Below the pieces are notes generated by a model, which was not told where the DNA came from, made no database searches, and saw only the letters and a program-made list of their open reading frames with translations. Shown in pieces: positions 9,634 to 16,231 of a stretch of DNA of 36,335 bases. The stretch lies in contig CAYPUN010000001.1 in the NCBI GenBank assembly GCA_964413985.1, positions 1 to 36,335 of the forward strand. The letters run 5' to 3'. The translations under genes were made by a program, and so were the position numbers. Position 1 is the stretch's first letter; each line of letters opens with the position of its first letter. This stretch comes from an uncultured Rickettsia sp. (GTDB lineage: Bacteria > Pseudomonadota > Alphaproteobacteria > Rickettsiales > UBA1997).

Positions 9634-11199
9634 ATGGATCAGAAAAATTTTTATATCACCTCACCAATATATTATGTAAATGACGTGCCGCATATTGGCC
9701 ACGCTTACACCTCAATTGCTTGCGACGTTCAAGCCAGATTTCGCAAGGCTCAAGGCATGGATGTGCGTTTTTTGACAGGCACTGACGAACATGGCCAGAA
9801 GGTTGAAAAATCTGCCTTAGCGCGCGGTTTGCAGCCACAAGAATTTTGCGATCAAGTTTCGTCAAAGTTCAGCGAGCTGGCGCAAATGCTGGGTTTGTCG
9901 CATGATGATTTTATTCGCACCACGCAAGAGCGTCACAAAATTTGTGCGCAAGAATTTTGGCGCCGCCTAGAAGCGCGCGGTTTCATCTATAAAGATGTTT
10001 ATGAAGGATGGTATGCTCTGCGTGACGAAGCTTTTTATAACGAAGACGAAATCACTGACGGCAAGGCTCCAAGCGGTGCCGAAGTTTCTTGGCACAAAGA
10101 AGAAAGTTATTTTTTTAAACTTTCGGCCTTTCAAGAAAAATTGTTGATGCTTTATGAAGCCGCGCCAGACTTCATCTCGCCGCAATCAAAAATGAACGAA
10201 GTTTTGTCTTTTGTTAAAGGTGGCTTGAAAGATTTATCAATTTCGCGCAGCTCTTTTTCATGGGGAATCAAAATTCCAAATGACGAAAAACACGTGATGT
10301 ATGTGTGGCTCGACGCGCTCACCAACTACATCTCGGCGCTTGGGTTTCCGGATGAAAAAGGTGAGCTATATCAAAAATTTTGGTGCAACACTTTCGAATC
10401 ACCCGTGCATATTGTTGGCAAAGATATTTTGCGCTTTCATGCGGTTTATTGGCCGGCATTCCTTATGGCTGCTGATTTGCCGCTGCCAAACAAAATTTTT
10501 GCGCATGGCTGGTGGACAAATCAAGGTCAAAAAATTTCAAAATCTGTGGGCAATGTGATTGATCCGTTCAAAGAAATTGAATGGCTAGAATCGCTTGGCT
10601 GCAGCAATGAGGTGGCCATCGATTATTTCAAATATTTTTTAATGCGCGAAGTGCCATTTGGAAATGATGGCGACTATTCTCGCGAAAATATGTTGACACG
10701 CGTCAATGCTGAGCTGGCGAACAATATCGGCAATTTAACGCAGCGCTCGCTCTCGATGATTTTCAAAAACAATAACGGCGAAATCGTTGATATCAAAGGC
10801 TTTGTGCTTGGTCAAGATTTGTTAAAAAACGGCTATCAATTGCAAGAAAAAATCGCAGAAAAAATGGATCGTTTTGCCTACGACCAAGCCATTGGCGAGA
10901 TAATTCAATTTGCATCTTTGTGCAATCAGTTTATCAATGACAACGCGCCATGGACTCTCAAAAAAGATGGCAAAATTGACGAAATGAACCTTGTTTTGTC
11001 AACAATTGCAGAGGCTTTGCGCTTAATATCCATCAGCTTGCAGCCATTTTTGCCAAATCTAAGCAAGCACATTATGAGCTTTTTGCAAGTTGATGAAAAA
11101 TGTCGCATGATGATGCATGTGGATAAAAAATATGCTTTGGTCGAAGGCCACAAAATTATTGAGCCTAAGATTGTTTTTTGTCGAATTGAAAATAAATAA
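9634..11199 (+). CDS. metG: methionine--tRNA ligase (short form, no C-terminal tRNA-binding domain)
   Basis: Has the HIGH motif (PHIGHAYT) and the KMSKS motif (KISKSVGN). At 521 aa it resembles the MetRS form typical of alphaproteobacteria. Confidence 0.95.
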   Translation: MDQKNFYITSPIYYVNDVPHIGHAYTSIACDVQARFRKAQGMDVRFLTGTDEHGQKVEKSALARGLQPQEFCDQVSSKFSELAQMLGLSHDDFIRTTQERHKICAQEFWRRLEARGFIYKDVYEGWYALRDEAFYNEDEITDGKAPSGAEVSWHKEESYFFKLSAFQEKLLMLYEAAPDFISPQSKMNEVLSFVKGGLKDLSISRSSFSWGIKIPNDEKHVMYVWLDALTNYISALGFPDEKGELYQKFWCNTFESPVHIVGKDILRFHAVYWPAFLMAADLPLPNKIFAHGWWTNQGQKISKSVGNVIDPFKEIEWLESLGCSNEVAIDYFKYFLMREVPFGNDGDYSRENMLTRVNAELANNIGNLTQRSLSMIFKNNNGEIVDIKGFVLGQDLLKNGYQLQEKIAEKMDRFAYDQAIGEIIQFASLCNQFINDNAPWTLKKDGKIDEMNLVLSTIAEALRLISISLQPFLPNLSKHIMSFLQVDEKCRMMMHVDKKYALVEGHKIIEPKIVFCRIENK

Positions 11200-11202
11200 A
11201 TC

Positions 11203-11841
11203 ATGGCACAAAATTATCATACTATCATGACTGCAAACAAAGAATCATCTTCAGGCGGCAAGCCAGAAGGCTCTAGCACCGAGCACAAAACTTTAAGAAG
11301 ACAACAATCTTTTTCGCAGCGCCTTTCTCATGCATTTGAAAGTGGCAAAGATGCTGGTGAAAAATTGGGCAATGTGGCGAGTGAAATCGCTGACAGCGCG
11401 GCTGAGTGGATCAACAACAATCCAAAAAAAGTAAAAGCAATTGCGGCGATCACTGCAACTGTTGTTGGTGCTTTTACAAGCGGCATTGGCGGCATTGCTG
11501 CTGCAGCTGCGCTGGCTGTGGCGGAAGAGGCTATTGCAAAACTTGCTTCCAACAGAGTTGATACAATTCAAAAAAGAGAAAACGCTTTGCAAGAGAGAGA
11601 AAAAAATGGTGTTGATGGAAAAGGAAAAGAGCTTGAAAGCTTGTCACCAGCGGATCAGGTCACTCAGATGCTAAAAAATATCAGCGACAAAATGTCGGAA
11701 ATGGAAAAAGATAGCGCGGTTTCAAAAGAGCATTTAGATGCGATCAGAAAAAATTTAGGTAGCATGCAGCAAGCTTCGCAATCTTGGTCTGAAAGGGCTG
11801 AAGCCACTAAGCCAAAAGGCGAAGAATTTGGCGGCAGATAA
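11203..11841 (+). CDS. hypothetical protein with a central hydrophobic hairpin and C-terminal EEFGGR
   Basis: 212-aa ORF packed between metG (3-nt gap) and xthA (TAATG overlap). The hydrophobic stretch is AIAAITATVVGAFTSGIGGIAAAAALAVAEEAIA (aa ~78-112). The flanks are polar and charged, and I recognise no family. Confidence 0.6.
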   Translation: MAQNYHTIMTANKESSSGGKPEGSSTEHKTLRRQQSFSQRLSHAFESGKDAGEKLGNVASEIADSAAEWINNNPKKVKAIAAITATVVGAFTSGIGGIAAAAALAVAEEAIAKLASNRVDTIQKRENALQEREKNGVDGKGKELESLSPADQVTQMLKNISDKMSEMEKDSAVSKEHLDAIRKNLGSMQQASQSWSERAEATKPKGEEFGGR

Positions 11842-12641
11842 TGAAAATAATTTCTTGGAACATCAACTCGCTGCGACTGCGTCTGCCACTGCTCAAAACC
11901 CTTGTTCAAACACACAGCCCCGATATAATTTGTCTGCAAGAAATCAAAGTTTGCGATGAAGATTTTCCGCTGCTTGAAGTGCGAGCTTTGGGCTATAATT
12001 TTGTCGAATTTTGCGGTGAAAAATCTTATAACGGCGTGGCGATTTTATCAAAATTTCCGCTGCAAAAAGCCAGCAGAATCGACATTCACAACTATGGTCA
12101 CAAACGCCACATCAGCGCGGTTTTGGACACTAAAATTGGCGAGATAGAATTGCACAATTTTTATGTGCCGGCGGGTGGTGATATTCCTGACATTTCTCTC
12201 AACGACAAATTCGATCACAAACTAAAATTCGTTGATTGGATGACAGATTATTTCGCGCCGCAAAAAGATAAAAAAATTATTATTGTTGGTGATTTTAATA
12301 TTGCTCCAAAGCCAAATGATGTCTGGTCGCATAAGCAATTGTTGAAAGTTGTTTCGCACACGCCAATTGAGGTTGACAAATTAAACAAACTGCAGGCGAG
12401 CCTTGATTTTGTTGATACGCATCGTATGTTTGTGGATGACTCGGAAAAACTTTATAGCTGGTGGAGCTATCGGGGGCTTGATCCGTTTAAGTCTGATCGT
12501 GGGCGTCGGTTGGATCACATTTGGGCGACGCCGAATTTGAAAAATCATATTCAGAATTTTGCTATTTATAAAGATTTTCGTGTTGCGCGTCAGCCGTCGG
12601 ATCATGTGCCGATTGCTACGGAGTTCTCCTTTAACGGTTAA
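11841..12641 (+). CDS. xthA: exodeoxyribonuclease III
   Basis: MKIISWNINSLRLR...LQEIK...GDFNIAP...DHVPI matches the ExoIII/AP-endonuclease (EEP) motifs. Confidence 0.9.
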   Translation: MKIISWNINSLRLRLPLLKTLVQTHSPDIICLQEIKVCDEDFPLLEVRALGYNFVEFCGEKSYNGVAILSKFPLQKASRIDIHNYGHKRHISAVLDTKIGEIELHNFYVPAGGDIPDISLNDKFDHKLKFVDWMTDYFAPQKDKKIIIVGDFNIAPKPNDVWSHKQLLKVVSHTPIEVDKLNKLQASLDFVDTHRMFVDDSEKLYSWWSYRGLDPFKSDRGRRLDHIWATPNLKNHIQNFAIYKDFRVARQPSDHVPIATEFSFNG

Positions 12642-12647
12642 TGTTGA

Positions 12648-12779
12648 ATTTTTATATTTTAAAATTTGCGTAGCAAAGGCGTGGGGATGGTACTTCGCCC
12701 CTCAGACAGTGGCGCGCCAAAACTCGGTTCGAAATACCATCCCCACGCCTTTGCTACGCAAATTTTAAAATATAAAAAT
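12648..12779. repeat. long intergenic palindrome (45-bp perfect arms, 42-nt centre)
   Basis: Arm 12648-12692 (atttttatattttaaaatttgcgtagcaaaggcgtggggatggta) is the exact reverse complement of 12735-12779. It starts 7 nt after the xthA stop. Confidence 0.9.
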
Positions 12780-12915
12780 CACTATTTAATTTTTTAAAAA
12801 CTGGGGTTTTTAAGGTTTTTGGTTTTTGTAATTTTTTAGAATTTTTGCCAATTTCTGCAAAATATTCCTTTCGCACTCTTACTTAAAGTTTTGTTAAAAA
12901 AATAATAAAAATTCT

Positions 12916-13059
12916 GAATTGTTTTGTTTGATAAATTGAGTGGTAAGAATATTTGCGTAGCCCCGCTTAGCTTTTTTTAAACCGACGAGGTTTAAAAAAA
13001 GGTTGCCGTAGGGGCGTAGCAAATATTCTTACCACTCAATTTATCAAACAAAACAATTC
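12916..13059. repeat. long intergenic palindrome, core family 1 (41-bp perfect arms around a 57-nt conserved core)
   Basis: Arm 12916-12956 is the exact reverse complement of 13019-13059. Core 12961-13017 is 56/57 identical to 35210-35266. Confidence 0.9.
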
Positions 13060-13227
13060 TCTACATTCCAAACAAAGCCAACATTTTCAAACAAAACAAT
13101 TCTCAACTTGAGATTTAGTTTCTAAAATATCTTTTCTTTTAAAAATTCCTTTTTACAATTCTTCAAGAATTTCTTTATAATAATTTTTTAAGCGGCAATC
13201 AAAAACGCTGCGAAGGTAATATTTACA

Positions 13228-13566
13228 ATGTCTGAGACTGTTAAAATAATTTTTGTTGTTAAAGGTGAACCAAAAGAATTTGTCGTGCCGCTTGGCACAA
13301 CGGTTCTTGAGGCTGCACACAATAACGATATCGATCTTGAAGGCGCGTGCGAAGGCTCGCTTGCTTGTTCTACATGCCATGTTGTAGTTGAAAAAAAATT
13401 CTACGATATGCTTGAAGCCCCAAGCGAAGACGAGGAAGACATGCTTGATTTAGCTTTCGGTTTAACCCCAACTTCGCGTTTGGGTTGCCAAATTGTTATG
13501 ACGAAAGAGCTCGACGGCCTCACTCTGGTTGTGCCAGATGAGACTCGCAATGTTTCGCTTAAATAA
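13228..13566 (+). CDS. adrenodoxin-type [2Fe-2S] ferredoxin
   Basis: 112 aa. Has the CEGSLACSTCHV (C-x5-C-x2-C) motif and a distal Cys in RLGCQI, the classical vertebrate-type ferredoxin pattern. Confidence 0.9.
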   Translation: MSETVKIIFVVKGEPKEFVVPLGTTVLEAAHNNDIDLEGACEGSLACSTCHVVVEKKFYDMLEAPSEDEEDMLDLAFGLTPTSRLGCQIVMTKELDGLTLVVPDETRNVSLK

Positions 13567-13581
13567 TAAAATATTTCAAAT

Positions 13582-15222
13582 ATGAACAGAAGCATCTTGA
13601 TAAAAGTAGCAGTGGCGCTATTGGTTGTGATTTTGCTACATAGCGTATTTTGGTTTTTCAAAACTGGACAGCTCGAAAAGCATCTTAACAATTTTGTTAC
13701 CGAAAACAACACGGCCATTTCAGCTGCTGAAATCAAGGTTGCGGGCTATCCTTTCTCACAAAAAATTGTGGCAAAAGATTTGAAATTCACAATTCCAAAT
13801 TCAGCTTTCAGCAAATATCAAATTATTGTAAAAGATTTTGAAGCAAGCGCTGGAATTTTCAGCAAAGATTTCACAGTTGATGTTGCAGACAAAATCACTG
13901 TGCAAGATTTAGATGGCAATATTGGTAATGTTGAATTTGCACAAATGCCAAAAATTTCTTTCTCTATTTCAGATGGAATCGTGTCAAGCTTCTCTTACGC
14001 CGACAACGGTTACAAGATTTTCGACATCGACAAAAACATCATTTATAGCGCAGCTTCTTCAACAATCAATTTGGTTTCAACAATTGATTCTAGCGATCAA
14101 ATCACTTCTAAACTAAACGTTGCAGTGAGAGAAATCGAAGGTTTCGATGTGATCGACATTTATAGAAATTCTTCTGAGAAAAAAATTATTGATGGCATCA
14201 AAACTGGCGAAATTTCGCTTGGAAGCGGTGCTGCTGTTGCAATGATTGGCAGCGATCCATCTTTTGCAAGCAACGCTGCAAACCCTGCTGCGCCCAACGC
14301 GCCAGTGGTTGTGCCAACTGCAACAAGTGATTCAGCGATGACGCCTCCAGCTTCTGCACCATCTCCAGCTGCGGCTGCAGCAAATGCTGCAAAGGCTGCC
14401 GCTTCGGCTCAACAAGCTGCTGCGCCAAACGGCGCTCCAGTTGCTGGCGCTGCACCTGTTGCCGCTGCGCCAAATCAAGCTCCAGTTGTTGGAACTCCGG
14501 CTGATATAGCCGCAAAAGTTGCTTCTGGTGCCGCAATTCCTTCTGCAGCCGCTCCAGCTGCTGTTCCTGGCGTTGCTGCTGCAAATGTTGCAACTCAAAC
14601 TGCAGACGCAGCAAAAGCAACAATCGATCCATCAAAGCCTGCAGCTCTTGATGTTGCAAGCTTGATCGCAAAAAGCGATGTCACAAAATCGAACTTAATT
14701 ATCGACATCGAATATGTTCTAACTCCAACTAAAAATGATCAGCAAGGCTCTGTTCCACTTGACCCTGCTCAAATGCAAGAAAATGCCACTCAATATAGCA
14801 GAGTCGTAAAAGTCAACAATATCGAGTTTTCAAATGCGCTTTACAAAATCTCTTTAAACGGCCAAGTAAACTATTTTCAAGACGACAATTTGCCATCAGG
14901 TTTTGTAACGGTGAAAATCGAAAACATCGACAAATTTGTTGAATATGTCGCAACCGGTTTCACGCAAATTGTTGAGCAAAAGCAAATCGTGCCAAGCGTT
15001 CAATCTAACGATTTGGCGGCTCAATCTTCACAAACTCAAAGCACAGCATATCAAGATTTCTTAAGAAAAATCTCGGCTTCACTTGGCAATGTGTCAAAAG
15101 AATTGGCTGACAAAAATCAGCTTACAAAAGACAATGTTGCTTTGTTTGATATGCGTCGCGAAAAAAATCTTGAGTTCATCATCAACGAAACTCCATTGCG
15201 CGAAGTTTTAGGAAAATTCTAA
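13582..15222 (+). CDS. membrane-anchored hypothetical protein (possibly DUF2125-like) with a long Ala/Pro-rich insert
   Basis: 546 aa. It has an N-terminal TM anchor (ILIKVAVALLVVILLHSVFWFF) and a ~140-aa A/P/V-rich central tract. A hairpin terminator lies downstream. The family assignment is from memory of the N-terminal pattern only and is weak. Confidence 0.6.
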   Translation: MNRSILIKVAVALLVVILLHSVFWFFKTGQLEKHLNNFVTENNTAISAAEIKVAGYPFSQKIVAKDLKFTIPNSAFSKYQIIVKDFEASAGIFSKDFTVDVADKITVQDLDGNIGNVEFAQMPKISFSISDGIVSSFSYADNGYKIFDIDKNIIYSAASSTINLVSTIDSSDQITSKLNVAVREIEGFDVIDIYRNSSEKKIIDGIKTGEISLGSGAAVAMIGSDPSFASNAANPAAPNAPVVVPTATSDSAMTPPASAPSPAAAAANAAKAAASAQQAAAPNGAPVAGAAPVAAAPNQAPVVGTPADIAAKVASGAAIPSAAAPAAVPGVAAANVATQTADAAKATIDPSKPAALDVASLIAKSDVTKSNLIIDIEYVLTPTKNDQQGSVPLDPAQMQENATQYSRVVKVNNIEFSNALYKISLNGQVNYFQDDNLPSGFVTVKIENIDKFVEYVATGFTQIVEQKQIVPSVQSNDLAAQSSQTQSTAYQDFLRKISASLGNVSKELADKNQLTKDNVALFDMRREKNLEFIINETPLREVLGKF

Positions 15223-15292
15223 TTAAGGAAGAAGCGGCGAGGGTGCCAAGCTATTGACTCCCTCGCATCTTTCTTCACAAATATTTATCTGA

Positions 15293-15318
15293 AGGCGGAT
15301 CAAAACTCCGCCTTTTTT
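15293..15318 (+). terminator. rho-independent terminator after the 546-aa ORF
   Basis: Stem aggcgga (15293-15299) and tccgcct (15307-15313) with a 7-nt loop, followed by a T-run. Confidence 0.6.
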
Positions 15319-15332
15319 ATTGTCAAAAATAA

Positions 15333-16220
15333 ATGAAAATTTCACAAGCTCTGCAAGTGGCGCAAAAAAAACTGCAAGAAAAAAACATCGACAATCCAGC
15401 CTTTGAAGCCTTGATTTTGTTGATGTCGTCCACATCATTCACCAAAGAAAAAATAGTTTTCAACCCCGATTTGTTGCTTGAAAAAAATCAAGAAAATGAT
15501 TTTTTTGCCAAAATTTCACGCCGTCAAAATCGCGAACCGGTGTCGCATATCATTGGCAAGCGCGAATTTTATGGCTATGATTTTGTGGTAACAAAAAACG
15601 TCCTCGACCCGCGCCCAGACTCAGAAGCTTTGGTGGAGTTGGTGCTTGAAAATATCGCCAACAAAACCCAAGAACTAAAAATTTTAGAGCTCGGTGTTGG
15701 CTCTGGCTGCCTAACAATTTCGCTGCTAAAAAATTTGCCAAATGCCAGCGCAACAGGTGTCGACATCAGCCCCAAGGCATTAGAAATTGCGCAAAAAAAC
15801 GCCGCAAACAATCAAGTGGAAAATCGTTTCAAGCTGCTTGAGTCAAATTTATTCAGCGCGCTAGAAGTGGAGGCGGCGCAAAAAAGGGCGGCACAAAAAT
15901 TCGACATCATAATCTCCAACCCGCCATATATTCCCGCTGCCGAAATTGAAAATTTAAGTGATGAGGTGAGGTTGTTTGAACCAAGGCTGGCGCTTGACGG
16001 CGGCATTGACGGCTTAGATTTTTATCGCCAAATTGCCGCACAAGCAAAAAACTTTCTAACGCCACAAGGTCTTGTGTTTCTAGAGGTGGGCCACGATCAA
16101 TCGCGCCAAGTGAGTGAAATTTTTGCCGCGCAAGAATTTGAGGCGAGGGCAATCAAGCGAGATCTGGCGGGGTTTGAGAGGGCGCTGATGTTTGAAATCG
16201 CGCGCTCTATTTTTATCTAG
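15333..16220 (+). CDS. prmC: release factor glutamine methyltransferase (HemK/PrmC)
   Basis: Has the SAM-binding LELGVGSGCL motif, the catalytic IISNPPYI (NPPY) motif and EPRLALDGGIDGLDFY. Confidence 0.9.
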   Translation: MKISQALQVAQKKLQEKNIDNPAFEALILLMSSTSFTKEKIVFNPDLLLEKNQENDFFAKISRRQNREPVSHIIGKREFYGYDFVVTKNVLDPRPDSEALVELVLENIANKTQELKILELGVGSGCLTISLLKNLPNASATGVDISPKALEIAQKNAANNQVENRFKLLESNLFSALEVEAAQKRAAQKFDIIISNPPYIPAAEIENLSDEVRLFEPRLALDGGIDGLDFYRQIAAQAKNFLTPQGLVFLEVGHDQSRQVSEIFAAQEFEARAIKRDLAGFERALMFEIARSIFI

Positions 16221-16231
16221 AGGAAATTCTC

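Noticed and set aside
12559-12768. 69-aa plus-strand ORF spanning the xthA 3' end and the first palindrome
   Set aside because: It reads through a perfect inverted repeat and overlaps xthA out of frame. It is explained by the repeat, not by coding.
12648-13059. Possibility that the palindromes are a CRISPR array, integron attC sites or retron msr/msd
   Set aside because: There are no regularly spaced direct repeats with unique spacers and no cas genes. There is no cassette-like ORF organisation, no R'/R'' GTTRRRY ends that I can see, and no integrase or reverse transcriptase ORF in the window.
14198-14671. 157-aa and 88-aa minus-strand ORFs rich in Q/L/R
   Set aside because: They are antisense to the GC-rich Ala/Pro tract of the 546-aa protein. 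Low-complexity GCN/CCN coding suppresses stops on the opposite strand, so they are artefacts.
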